Sequence record: OQ722176.1
Strand: one strand, 5' to 3'
Length of the DNA: 64,000 bases
Position 1 is the stretch's first letter. The number at the start of each line of letters is the position of its first letter. A model generated the notes under the pieces. The model worked only from the letters and a program-made list of their open reading frames with translations, did no database searches and was not told the origin of the DNA. Made by a program: the position numbers and the translations under genes. Positions 23,668 to 33,717 of the stretch are shown one piece after another.

Positions 23668-24264
23668 TTATCTCCTTCTATAACGATCATCGTACGCACG
23701 AACAGCAGAAATGTTGCGACCATTTTTGGCAACGAATTGTTGCAATGGCATGTGAATAACGTTGTACCAGTCATGTGGTTTAACTTCTTCAAGCGAACCT
23801 TTGATACGCTTTAGAATGTACAATTTCACCATATGTTTACTGAATTTAATGTTTTTCACTCGACCCCAGTCAATCATAAGCTTCGTGGAGTTGCTAACTG
23901 TTTTCGTGTTTGCGAATCTTAGTAATGTAGTTAAAAATTTCTCGCGATCTTTGGGCGGGATGTAATGCAAGTTCAAACCAAGCATATATCCCTTTTGTTG
24001 CCCCAAGCATATGATACATGGGAACTTATCCCAATACGGTAATTGATGTTTGGTCTTTGCGTCGTACGCGAAAACATACATGTTGCCTTTGTGTGGAACT
24101 TGCACTTTTCGACTACGAATTGCGTCATGAACTCGCTTTTTAAACCACGCTAGTGATTTTCGCTGATTCTTTGCAATTGGAGTACGACCAAGCTCATGAG
24201 TTTGAGCTTGAAAGCTGGCAAGAAGACTCTCTTTTTTCTTCGGTGATCTATCTGTTCTAGCCAT
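23668..24264 (-). CDS. 2: DNA end protector gp2
   Basis: YDAKTK..LPYWDKFP...GLNLHYIPP. Confidence 0.9.
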   Translation of the reverse strand: MARTDRSPKKKESLLASFQAQTHELGRTPIAKNQRKSLAWFKKRVHDAIRSRKVQVPHKGNMYVFAYDAKTKHQLPYWDKFPCIICLGQQKGYMLGLNLHYIPPKDREKFLTTLLRFANTKTVSNSTKLMIDWGRVKNIKFSKHMVKLYILKRIKGSLEEVKPHDWYNVIHMPLQQFVAKNGRNISAVRAYDDRYRRR

Positions 24265-24719
24265 TACACTCTCAATCCTATTAGTTTTCTAAGTCCGACT
24301 TCAGTCAGAACTTTGAATTGCCACCCTTTTTGTTTAGCGAACTTAATCGCAGCAGCCCACTTATCTTGGTTAACTTGAAACGTATATATCTCTTTCAATA
24401 AACGCTTCTTTGACTTTTCAGTAAGTCTTTGTGGCTTCTCGGGTGGCATCGTTTCTTTGTTTGGTTTGATCTCGAATATGAATTCTCGACCGTCACTGAA
24501 CTTCACGTAAAAGTCCATGAAATATCTACGCTTTTTACCACCATCAGCCGAGCTAACGTATGGTATAACGATTTCTTCAGAATTCCAACGAACAACATGC
24601 GGGTTGTTGTCACACCAGCGCATGAAAGACAATTCCCATGAGCTTCGGTACTCGATCTTCTGATAATTGCCTTTGTATTTCGATTTGTTTGCTGGAACGT
24701 ATTTGCCAGAATATGCCAT
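24264..24719 (-). CDS. 4: Head completion nuclease gp4
   Basis: MAYSGKY.P.N..KY.G....YRSSWE; EIKP. Confidence 0.9.
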   Translation of the reverse strand: MAYSGKYVPANKSKYKGNYQKIEYRSSWELSFMRWCDNNPHVVRWNSEEIVIPYVSSADGGKKRRYFMDFYVKFSDGREFIFEIKPNKETMPPEKPQRLTEKSKKRLLKEIYTFQVNQDKWAAAIKFAKQKGWQFKVLTEVGLRKLIGLRV

Positions 24720-24784
24720 AAACGCCTCCTTTCTTATATTTAGTATCGCGTCTAAATACAGATATATTTTAAGGAGAAACTAAC

Positions 24785-25930
24785 ATGGGACTATTTGGTT
24801 ACATAGGTCTTAGCGGCAAACAGAGTGATACGCTTGACCGTGTGTTGGCTGTTACTGATAGTGGCGGCGTAGAAAGCAGCACATCAGAAATCACTCAGGA
24901 AACCGACCAAGGGCGAGTAAGCACGTCTAATATTGTGGCATTGACATACCCGCCAAATTTAGGCGCACGTTCTGGTCACTCGAACTTCTTCATATTTCGT
25001 GCATATGACTTAGCGAGTACAACTAAGCAACATTACACGGATATGCGACAGTCATTCACTGCTTCGTCGAAAGAATCAAAGCAAGCGGCTGAGATCCCGA
25101 GCGAGTTGATGGCAACTATGGCATTGTATGCTCCTAACCTAATTGAAGAAGTTTCACACGAATATGACAAAACACCAACGTCTGTTCTTAATGATTTCTT
25201 AGCGGCAGCAGCTACAGCGGCAGGTGCAGATACTGTATCTCAAGGGGTTGAGGCGGGTAAGAAAGCAGTTGCTACAGCAGCAGGTGCGACGTTAGCACAG
25301 ATTAAACGTTCGTTCATTCAATCGAATGCAGCCGGTCAGCTTGAGAAAAACAGCAGCGTCGTTACTGATAACGTTACTGTCACAGCGTACAAGGGTACCG
25401 CGCAACGTCAACAAACTTTGATGTATCAATTTCACCCAAAATCACTCGATGAGTTGAAGATTGTTGGTGAGATTATCAAGACGTTTTATCGCTTGTCTCT
25501 GCCAGTTAAAGGTCAGATTTCATCACAGCTATTAGATACTGGCACTGCAAATCTAGGCTCTGGCTTTGCAAATGGTTTTGCAAAATACGCAACGTTGTTG
25601 AAAACGCCACCTGTATGGATGATTGAAGAAGTGTCAGATGTTGACGCAGCAAGATACACGCCACGATTCGTTTTCGGTCCCGCGGGTATCACATCAGTTA
25701 AATTGAACAGAACACCAGATCAATACTGGAGAACTTTCAGAGGCACAGCAGGTGACCCGGCAGGCATCGAGCTTGAGATTACATTCAGCGAACTTATCCC
25801 TATGGATCGTGCAATGTACGAGCGAGATCAAGCAAGTAGCGTTCGTGGTTACGATAATGGTACGACTACTGCAAGCGGCAACAGCAATGATTCTGGTTCA
25901 TTCTTTGGTGATATTGGGAGCTTATTCTAA
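24785..25930 (+). CDS. 48: Baseplate tail tube cap gp48
   Basis: Synteny; ELEITFSEL motif. Confidence 0.7.
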   Translation: MGLFGYIGLSGKQSDTLDRVLAVTDSGGVESSTSEITQETDQGRVSTSNIVALTYPPNLGARSGHSNFFIFRAYDLASTTKQHYTDMRQSFTASSKESKQAAEIPSELMATMALYAPNLIEEVSHEYDKTPTSVLNDFLAAAATAAGADTVSQGVEAGKKAVATAAGATLAQIKRSFIQSNAAGQLEKNSSVVTDNVTVTAYKGTAQRQQTLMYQFHPKSLDELKIVGEIIKTFYRLSLPVKGQISSQLLDTGTANLGSGFANGFAKYATLLKTPPVWMIEEVSDVDAARYTPRFVFGPAGITSVKLNRTPDQYWRTFRGTAGDPAGIELEITFSELIPMDRAMYERDQASSVRGYDNGTTTASGNSNDSGSFFGDIGSLF

Positions 25931-26508
25931 TGATTTTCGCGATATTTGACAAGACTGAATATCAAGGTGTTGAGACGGCTAACATATTCAAAAATTTGAA
26001 TTACTATCACAAGCAGATCATCCCGTCTTACACGCTGATTCAGTATAAAATTAGGGGCGACTATCGCCCCGAACAGATTGCATATGAACTGTACGGTGAT
26101 ACGTCGCTGTACTGGATGATCATGCTTTTAAATCAAAGAGTTGACCCGTTTTATGATTGGGTTCAGCCCAACGAAACCGTTTCTGAGAACGCTATTTATC
26201 GTTATCAATATATCGGTGGCAATGAGCAAGTTCATCATCATGTAGATGAGCAAGGTCGTTGGTGGTTTGATATGGTCGAAGACCCAGAGAACCCACGAAA
26301 CTGGTACAACGAATTTGACTGGAACAATAACGCGCCTGAAGAAGGTCAAGAAGATTACCGAGAAATTCTTTACCATGGCGTAATGATTCCAGTTTCAGTT
26401 GATGAATATGAGTTCAACCGAAACGAAGAAAGTCGAGTGATTAATGTATTGTCTACCGATGATGTAAGTACATACATTAGTACATTTATGAAATTAGCAG
26501 GGGTATAA
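25930..26508 (+). CDS. 53: Baseplate wedge gp53
   Basis: YRPEQIAYELYG...YW..LLN...DPFYDW. Confidence 0.85.
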   Translation: MIFAIFDKTEYQGVETANIFKNLNYYHKQIIPSYTLIQYKIRGDYRPEQIAYELYGDTSLYWMIMLLNQRVDPFYDWVQPNETVSENAIYRYQYIGGNEQVHHHVDEQGRWWFDMVEDPENPRNWYNEFDWNNNAPEEGQEDYREILYHGVMIPVSVDEYEFNRNEESRVINVLSTDDVSTYISTFMKLAGV

Positions 26509-26509
26509 A

Positions 26510-27781
26510 ATGTTTGAAATGCGCTCCGCTAACCCAGTTGAGAACTTCGTGGTTAGCAAGATTCATATTCGTGGTCTAGATTTCTCCGCGACTGTGGAGA
26601 ATGAAATCACTCACATGGAAATTTATGAATCGCTGAATGGGTTGGTTTCTGGCATGTTCATGTTCAAAGATGCGATTGGTGTCGTTGACACGATTCGCAT
26701 GACTGGATTTGAAGCTATCGACGTTGAGTTTGCGTCGTATGTCGGGGAGCAAGCGAATCGAGTATACCAAAAATCGTTTCGTGCTACAGGCATATCAAGA
26801 ATGCCAGCTAGAACAGGTGGATTTGAATCTGTATTAGTACGTTTCACAAACAACTTGATTACGTTGAACGATTATGTTAAGCGCCCGTACGTGTTTAACA
26901 AAACTAGTATATCGAACATCATCAAGTCAATTCTTGATAATTTAGGCGATGAAGCTCCCGTGTACGACATCGAAACATCGTTGTATCAAAGAGATTTCGT
27001 CACAAAAATCGGCAAGCCTTATGACATCATTAAGAGCATTGTCGATCACGCAAGTACAGACGTGAACAATAGCTGTAAATTCTTGTTCTACGAAGACCGA
27101 GATTCAGTTAAGTTCGCGTCTCTTGGTACAATTCGTTCAAAAGAGTACGAATACATAATTCGCAAGGGTGCTGATACTGGTGATGGTAAATGGACATCAG
27201 GCAACACAAACACAATCACAGCATTGCGAGTTGTGGTGAAAGAACAATCTAACATGCATGAGATTTCTAGTGGATTATTTGGGTCTAGAACATATTCCCA
27301 TAGTTTAATTCGAAAGAAATTGACAACAAAAGACGTTCGTCGAAACGACTACATAGCTCAAGTTGGCATACTCAATGAACGTGCTCACATGTATACCGAT
27401 AATCTTGAATTTGCAAGTGAAGTACCTGAGACTGAACAGCCATTGAATAGCATTCAGTTATTACCAAACGATGGGTTTTACGAGCATGATAATAAACACC
27501 CGCTTGGGTCTATTCATGGCGTATCTCTAATGGAAGAGACTTATCTAAAAGCGAAGCAGATCATTGTCGAAATCCCGGGAAATACGAATATCACCGTGGG
27601 TGATGTAGTGTTCATGGACTATCATGCCGTAACGGGTGAGAATCATTCTAGTTTAGATGCGTCGGGTCGTTGGATTGTTCATGAGCTTAAACATCGTGTA
27701 GAGCCGAATGCATTCATAACGACTCTTGAGCTTTCGAGTGATTCATCGGTGAATATCGCAATTGCGGGGAGCAACAAATAA
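26510..27781 (+). CDS. 27: Baseplate hub gp27
   Basis: EIYESL, FLFYED, EIPGN..ITVG, GRWIV motifs. Confidence 0.75.
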   Translation: MFEMRSANPVENFVVSKIHIRGLDFSATVENEITHMEIYESLNGLVSGMFMFKDAIGVVDTIRMTGFEAIDVEFASYVGEQANRVYQKSFRATGISRMPARTGGFESVLVRFTNNLITLNDYVKRPYVFNKTSISNIIKSILDNLGDEAPVYDIETSLYQRDFVTKIGKPYDIIKSIVDHASTDVNNSCKFLFYEDRDSVKFASLGTIRSKEYEYIIRKGADTGDGKWTSGNTNTITALRVVVKEQSNMHEISSGLFGSRTYSHSLIRKKLTTKDVRRNDYIAQVGILNERAHMYTDNLEFASEVPETEQPLNSIQLLPNDGFYEHDNKHPLGSIHGVSLMEETYLKAKQIIVEIPGNTNITVGDVVFMDYHAVTGENHSSLDASGRWIVHELKHRVEPNAFITTLELSSDSSVNIAIAGSNK

Positions 27782-28998
27782 TGTTTATGGGATTAGATGG
27801 GTTTGAGTGGTGGACTGGCGTAGTTGAAGATCGAACTACTGACCCACTCAAATTAGGCAGAATTAAAGTTCGCATGATAGGTCTGCACCCTGATAAGAAA
27901 AGTTCAGATCAGGGTATTCGAACTGAAGAACTGCTTTGGGTTCATCCCATGCAGTCTCTTGATAATGCAGCAATGAATGGCATTGGCAACACGCCGATTG
28001 GTGTCGTTGAAGGCACATGGGTTTTTGGATTCTTTCGTGACAAATTGCGTCAAGATGCAGTTGCCATGGGAGTATTGCCTGGCATACCAGAAGAAGTAGC
28101 GAATGGTAGTATTGGGTTTAATGACCCGAATGAAAAATACCCGTTAGCTGATAAGCTCAATGAGCCAGATACAAACCGTCTAGCTCGTAATGACGTTGAC
28201 CCCGATGTATACGACGAATCACAGTCTCAGCAAGCTTTTGATAGTGGCGACTCGCCATACGTGTATCGACCTCACTCTATCATAGCTCTTAAACGAAATG
28301 CCGAAGAGAAGCAAATACCGCTTGCTGGGTATGATGCAGAGGGTGTGAAATACGATGAGAAGCCAACACCGTATGCTGCTCAATATCCATTCAATCACGT
28401 TCGTGAATCTGAATCGGGGCATGTGCATGAAATAGATGACACGGCAGGTGCTGAACGTCTTCACACGTATCACAGAACGGGTACATTTGAAGAGATTCAC
28501 CCCGACGGTAGTCGAGTTACGAAAATCGTTGGTGATGATTTTGAAATTGTTCAAATGAATCAGAACGTGTACATCAAAGGCAACTTGAATATTACAGTTG
28601 TTGGTGATGCTACGTTCTACTGTCAACAAAACGTAACTCAACAGATCGACGGCGACTTGAAGCAACATGTCAAGGGGAATGTAGATCAACACGTCGAAAT
28701 GAATGTAACTCAGACAGTCGATCAAGATGTCACGCAAACAGTGCATCAGAACGTCACACAGACGGTCGACGGTAATGTTCAACAAAGTGTGGGCGGAAAC
28801 GTTCAAAGCACTGTTACGGGCGATTACACGCAGCATATCAGCGGTAATTACACTCTTACAGTCGGTGGTTCAGTTTCTGAAAGCGTTAGCTCATCATATA
28901 CACGTTCAGCAGCTTCGATCAGTGATGATGGTGGCGGTGCAACGTTGAACTTAGCGGGCGCGGCTGCATTAGATGGCTCAACAGTAAGCCTAGGGTAA
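27781..28998 (+). CDS. 5: Baseplate central spike gp5, no lysozyme domain
   Basis: GVVEDR.DPLKLGR.KVR OB fold; EIDDTAGAERLH; VxGN-type beta-helix repeats. Confidence 0.9.
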   Translation: MFMGLDGFEWWTGVVEDRTTDPLKLGRIKVRMIGLHPDKKSSDQGIRTEELLWVHPMQSLDNAAMNGIGNTPIGVVEGTWVFGFFRDKLRQDAVAMGVLPGIPEEVANGSIGFNDPNEKYPLADKLNEPDTNRLARNDVDPDVYDESQSQQAFDSGDSPYVYRPHSIIALKRNAEEKQIPLAGYDAEGVKYDEKPTPYAAQYPFNHVRESESGHVHEIDDTAGAERLHTYHRTGTFEEIHPDGSRVTKIVGDDFEIVQMNQNVYIKGNLNITVVGDATFYCQQNVTQQIDGDLKQHVKGNVDQHVEMNVTQTVDQDVTQTVHQNVTQTVDGNVQQSVGGNVQSTVTGDYTQHISGNYTLTVGGSVSESVSSSYTRSAASISDDGGGATLNLAGAAALDGSTVSLG

Positions 28999-29002
28999 TT
29001 GA

Positions 29003-29485
29003 ATGGCTAGTATTCTACCAATTGAGTTAGAAGAGATAGCAGAAGGTGAGAACGTCGATGTGACGTTCTCTGCCGTTCTTGAACTCGGAGAAACTCTTGT
29101 TGACATCAACATAACAGATTATCGAGTTAATAACGGCATCACAGTTGTGGGTGCTCGTTATCACGGGCAGTATCAAGACTCGTTTGATTTGGGACCAAGT
29201 GGTTTAAAATATCGCGATACACGAGACAATAGTTATCATGAGGTGAGCAGGTTTGAAGACTTGCCTGCCAATCCGATTCACGGTCATGTGTATCGTTTCG
29301 AAGCGCCAAGCCCGTTGTCTACTGATTATTTCTACGAAGTTACTGTGAATTATCAGTATGAAGACCCGTTATTGCCAGGTGTGATTGAAGATCGGCAGCT
29401 TGTCGAGACGTTCACGCAGACAGTTAAAGGTAAGTGGGATACGTGGGCGCAGCAACTTAGAGATTACATAGCAGCAGGAGCATAA
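29003..29485 (+). CDS. 5.1: gp5.1-like protein
   Basis: LKYRD, C-terminal W..WAQQLRDY; synteny. Confidence 0.7.
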   Translation: MASILPIELEEIAEGENVDVTFSAVLELGETLVDINITDYRVNNGITVVGARYHGQYQDSFDLGPSGLKYRDTRDNSYHEVSRFEDLPANPIHGHVYRFEAPSPLSTDYFYEVTVNYQYEDPLLPGVIEDRQLVETFTQTVKGKWDTWAQQLRDYIAAGA

Positions 29486-29486
29486 T

Positions 29487-29783
29487 ATGCCAGCATTAGC
29501 AGGTGCAGATGAACCGACAACAGGTCATAGCACATATCCACCAACTATTGTGACAGGCGGTAGTGGGAAAGTATCAGTACAAGGGAAACCAGCGTTATCA
29601 GTAGCGAACTTAGTTCATGTGACGCACTGTAACACAGTAAAACCGTATGATTGCCACGCAGGTAGCGCAGCAACATACAGTCCGAAAGTGTTTATCGAGG
29701 GGAGTAATGCAATCCGTATCGGTGACACGCTAACATGTGGCGATACGGTTGCAGGTGGTGCAGGGAAGGTTGTTAGTTCGTAA
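29487..29783 (+). CDS. 5.4: PAAR spike tip gp5.4
   Basis: GH..YPP; KVFIEG..AIRIGD.LTCGD. Confidence 0.9.
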   Translation: MPALAGADEPTTGHSTYPPTIVTGGSGKVSVQGKPALSVANLVHVTHCNTVKPYDCHAGSAATYSPKVFIEGSNAIRIGDTLTCGDTVAGGAGKVVSS

Positions 29784-30141
29784 CTGAATTTTCAGCGTGT
29801 TCTTTGATTTTAGCTTCGCTTTTCAGAGTTGTTACGTCAACTTCTTCAGATTTGAATGAATTGTCGTTTGCTTTTGGCGCTTCGAGTTTAATCATCGGAT
29901 CGACTTCATATCGTGCAGTATCGTTCACAGCTTCGTTTACAGTCGGGCGTGTGATTGGCGAAGTGAAGACTTTGTAGCCACTTACAATCGTAGTCAGAAC
30001 TAGCGTAGCTAGAATGATTTTGCCGTATGGTAGTTTCACATCATATTTGAAGATCTTTGACATGATGAAAACAATTAGTAGAGCAAGTAATACAATAACG
30101 AAGATGCCTACTACAGGTGCGATAGCTAATAAAAATTCCAT
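29773..30141 (-). CDS. Membrane protein, hypothetical
   Basis: Two N-terminal hydrophobic segments. Confidence 0.7.
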   Translation of the reverse strand: MEFLLAIAPVVGIFVIVLLALLIVFIMSKIFKYDVKLPYGKIILATLVLTTIVSGYKVFTSPITRPTVNEAVNDTARYEVDPMIKLEAPKANDNSFKSEEVDVTTLKSEAKIKEHAENSVTN

Positions 30142-30155
30142 GTATTTTTCCTTTT

Positions 30156-30182
30156 AAAAAAAGGGCAGCACTATGCTGCCCT
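30156..30182 (-). terminator. Intrinsic terminator
   Basis: AGGGCAGCA/TGCTGCCCT + T tract. Confidence 0.75.
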
Positions 30183-30195
30183 AATGTTTGTTGTA

Positions 30196-31071
30196 TTACT
30201 TAATCGGAGTTTGTACTGCGATTTTGTCAAGCATTTCAGTTGGTACGAACACTTTGTTGTTTGATTTCGCAAGCTCACGTAGAGTTTTTTGCTCTTCAAG
30301 GAATCGTACGTTGTTGTTCATCAGCTTGTCAGCTACTAGCTTTTTAGTTTCAGCTTCGTAAAGCTCGATTTCACGCTCACGTTTTGAAACTTCTTCACGT
30401 GTTGAAATCTGTAGTAAGTCTAGCTTACGTTGTGCTTTAACAGTGTCTTCTTGTTGACGACGCTCTGCCGATGCTTCTTGTGCTTTAGTGATTGTTGGTG
30501 GGTACACAACATCAGTGATACCTACGACTTTAAGCACGAACGGTGTATCTGACAGTTCTTGGTTCAGGCGTTGCATTACGAACGTGTTCAGTTTTTCACG
30601 AGTCGATGCCACTTCTGAAATGCTGTATTCAGCAAGAATTGACGGGATGACTGTGTTTAACTTAGCACGTGCATATCGAGAGAACACGTCTTGTTGTGAA
30701 ATCACGCCTAGCTGATCAGTCTGCGATTTGAACGGAACTTTCGCAAACACGAAGTTGTATTTCTTCGGATCGACTGTCATCGTCATTTCGACGTTGTACT
30801 TCAGCATCAGTTCATCTTTTGGCATGAACGTGTCGAACTTCATTGTGTAGAAGCTGTCAGATACGTCAAGAAGTACTAGACGATCTGGGTAGCGCCATGC
30901 CCAATCAAGGCGGAACTTAGATGGTTGACGAGGTTCTTGTTTCAAGTCGAAACCGTCTTTCGTCTGAATCTTACCAACGAAGCCAGTCGGGATTTCAGCA
31001 GGAGTACCACAGCCAGTTAGTGCAAAGCCCAGTGCTGCTACTGAAAGAAGTTTAGCGATATTTTTAAACAT
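30196..31071 (-). CDS. SPFH/band-7-like lipoprotein
   Basis: LTGC lipobox; band-7-type beta region followed by AQEASAERRQ coiled coil. Confidence 0.7.
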   Translation of the reverse strand: MFKNIAKLLSVAALGFALTGCGTPAEIPTGFVGKIQTKDGFDLKQEPRQPSKFRLDWAWRYPDRLVLLDVSDSFYTMKFDTFMPKDELMLKYNVEMTMTVDPKKYNFVFAKVPFKSQTDQLGVISQQDVFSRYARAKLNTVIPSILAEYSISEVASTREKLNTFVMQRLNQELSDTPFVLKVVGITDVVYPPTITKAQEASAERRQQEDTVKAQRKLDLLQISTREEVSKREREIELYEAETKKLVADKLMNNNVRFLEEQKTLRELAKSNNKVFVPTEMLDKIAVQTPIK

Positions 31072-31103
31072 GTTTTGCTCTCTTAGTTAAGTTGACGAAG
31101 TAG

Positions 31104-31217
31104 ATGATACGTTATGTTCTTCAGTTTGTCAAGTTGTTTTTCACAAATTTCTCATTTTGTTTGTGCGCTTCGTTGCGCTGAGGAGTACATAATAGGCAAA
31201 ACGCACACCCCTGTCAA
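31104..31217 (-). promoter_or_regulatory. Two sigma70-type promoters for the SPFH island
   Basis: TTGACA-17-TATCAT (31104-31132) and TTGACA-17-TATTAT (31189-31217). Confidence 0.7.
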
Positions 31218-31225
31218 CACTTTTC

Positions 31226-31233
31226 TATAAATA
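31226..31233 (+). promoter_or_regulatory. Late promoter
   Basis: TATAAATA upstream of gene 25. Confidence 0.75.
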
Positions 31234-31255
31234 AATTTAAAATTCGGAGAAAACT

Positions 31256-31675
31256 ATGGCAATTGCAGAGTTGAACACTCTAAAGCCCGGGAGTTACTAC
31301 TACAGCGACATCCCAGCAAATTTCAGCAAGAGTGTTGTTAACAATGACTTGAGCGCATCATACGACTTAAAGGCAATACAAGAATCAATCATCGGGATTG
31401 TGAGCACAAAGAAAGGCGAAAGACCTTTCAACCCAGAGTTTGGGTGTGACATAAGCAATCAGTTGTTTGAGAATATTTCGCCTGCAAGTGCGTTTGCTAT
31501 CAAATACAGTATTGAGAACGCGATTTCAAAATGGGAGCCGCGTGTTGTGATTCAAAAGATTGAGGTCTTACCGCTCTATGACCGAAACACATATGAAATT
31601 GTGGTTCAGTATCATTTAAGAACGAACTTCGACCGATTGTTTGCATTAAAAACGAGTCTAGTGAATCGTTTATAA
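31256..31675 (+). CDS. 25: Baseplate wedge gp25
   Basis: GERPFNPEFGCD; WEPRV. Confidence 0.9.
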   Translation: MAIAELNTLKPGSYYYSDIPANFSKSVVNNDLSASYDLKAIQESIIGIVSTKKGERPFNPEFGCDISNQLFENISPASAFAIKYSIENAISKWEPRVVIQKIEVLPLYDRNTYEIVVQYHLRTNFDRLFALKTSLVNRL

Positions 31676-31758
31676 CATCAGCCCGCCATTGAGCGGGCTT
31701 TTTTGTGCATTAAATATAAGAAACGAAATTTACATAATTTTACCAACAGGGGAATAAC

Positions 31759-33717
31759 ATGGCAACTAACTCGAATTTACCTGTTAGTTCTGGCTCGTTT
31801 GAAACAATCAAACAAGACCTTATTCAGTATTTGAAAGGTCAAGACGAGTTCAAGGATTACGATTTCAAAGGAAGTCGTCTGAACGTACTAACAGATTTGC
31901 TTGCATACAATACAATGTATCTTCAGCACTACTCGAATGCAGCACTATTCGAGGGATTTATTCGCACTGCACAAAAACATAGCAGTGTGGTTCAGCACGC
32001 GCAAGATATGGGTTATGCACCAAGCTCTCTTTCAGCAGCAACGCACACAATCGGAATCAAAGCGTATCACGCTGAAAACCCAGTTGAGATTACTCTAGGT
32101 ACGGGTACTCGATTCAGTGCTGACGTTGACGGCGTTTATTACTACAGCTACATCGTGTGGGAACCTCACATCTTGATCGGTGCGAAGCAAGACCCACTAA
32201 ACCCAGCTAGTCCGCTTGTATATCAAGATCAGATTGACTTGGTTCAAGGCACTCTAGGTCGATACGAGACGCTTTTCAGCGAAACAGAAGCGATTACGAT
32301 TAAAGACCCAGATTTAGATCGCAACTACGTGCGTGTGTTCGTAGATAACGCAGAATGGACAAACTGGACAGACAAATCAATTGTAAACGTGACAGGTGGT
32401 TCGAATGTGTTCTACTTGCGCGAAACAGTAGACGGCTACACTGAAGTGTATTTCGGTGAAGGTGAATTGACTGACTTTACTGAAAACGCAGGTGCGTACA
32501 ACCCGGGTTATATCGGTGGTCTACGCCCAATCGAAGGTCAGCGTATTCGTGTTCAATACGTCAAGACATCGGGACCAGTAGCTAACGGCTCACAACGTTT
32601 CACATGGGCAGATGACATCCCTAACTTCCAGTTAGATGATAAGAACATCGACGACAACCCAAATGACGATGAAAACTTCGTTGGTTCAATCGGCGGCGGT
32701 TACGCTGAAGGTACTGAGCGTATTCGTGAACTAGCACCGATTTTCCGTGAATCGCAACGACGCTGTGTTACTAAGCTTGACTATGAAACTTTCGTTTCTC
32801 AGAAGTTCGGTAATATCGTGCAAGCAGTTCAGGCGTTCGGTAGTTCAGATAAACCCGGGTACGTGTTTATTTCAATCAAGCCGAAGCTAGGATTGACACT
32901 ACCGCAAGTCGCACGAAACGACATTGAAGAATATCTGAAAGAATTCAACATCGTTACGGTAACGCCTAAAGTAGTTGACCCAGAGTACTTGTACGTTAAG
33001 CACAATCTACGTGTCAACTACCGTACTGGTTCATTGGCAGAAGGTGCGGACTATCTGAAAGCTCAGATCATCAACGCGATTTCTGATTACTACTACAACG
33101 AAGTTGAAATTTTCAACGCATCGTTCCACGTTTCGAAGATGTTGAGCTACGTTGATGACGCGCACGCATCAATCCTAGGTTCACGCTGTGACATCAGCTT
33201 GATTCGTGAATTGACCAATTTTGCACAGACGCCGATGAGTGGTTACAGTTTCTTGAACCCGATTACACCAGCTTCGGTGAAATCAGAAGACATCACATTC
33301 ACACCGAAAGGTTATACGGTTCAGATTCGAACTACAGAAGCGCGTACTGCACCGACTCAAGAAGACATCGGTACTGTTCTTCTGGGTCCATTTGCGGCAG
33401 GTGATATTACAGCACCTATTGACCCTGAAACTGGTCTACCGACTGGTGCATATACTGCAAACGACTTTGATCGCGAGATCATCGGCAGCCGTAGTTTATA
33501 CTACCGTGTTGGTACAATCAACTATGCATCAGGCTTGATGGACTATGACTTCATCAACTTAGGCATCAACTCAGCCGATTGGGATGTCACTGGCAATTTG
33601 ATTCTTTCATCAACGCCAACACGTGCGAATATATACACAGACGACGGTAGCTTGATTGTATATGAGAACGAGCTACGTCCTCAATACACTGACATCGTTC
33701 TAGAGGGTATTTCTTAA
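31759..33717 (+). CDS. 6: Baseplate wedge gp6
   Basis: FETIKQDL..YLKGQ.EFKDYDF.GS.LNVL.DLLAYNT.Y. Confidence 0.95.
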   Translation: MATNSNLPVSSGSFETIKQDLIQYLKGQDEFKDYDFKGSRLNVLTDLLAYNTMYLQHYSNAALFEGFIRTAQKHSSVVQHAQDMGYAPSSLSAATHTIGIKAYHAENPVEITLGTGTRFSADVDGVYYYSYIVWEPHILIGAKQDPLNPASPLVYQDQIDLVQGTLGRYETLFSETEAITIKDPDLDRNYVRVFVDNAEWTNWTDKSIVNVTGGSNVFYLRETVDGYTEVYFGEGELTDFTENAGAYNPGYIGGLRPIEGQRIRVQYVKTSGPVANGSQRFTWADDIPNFQLDDKNIDDNPNDDENFVGSIGGGYAEGTERIRELAPIFRESQRRCVTKLDYETFVSQKFGNIVQAVQAFGSSDKPGYVFISIKPKLGLTLPQVARNDIEEYLKEFNIVTVTPKVVDPEYLYVKHNLRVNYRTGSLAEGADYLKAQIINAISDYYYNEVEIFNASFHVSKMLSYVDDAHASILGSRCDISLIRELTNFAQTPMSGYSFLNPITPASVKSEDITFTPKGYTVQIRTTEARTAPTQEDIGTVLLGPFAAGDITAPIDPETGLPTGAYTANDFDREIIGSRSLYYRVGTINYASGLMDYDFINLGINSADWDVTGNLILSSTPTRANIYTDDGSLIVYENELRPQYTDIVLEGIS

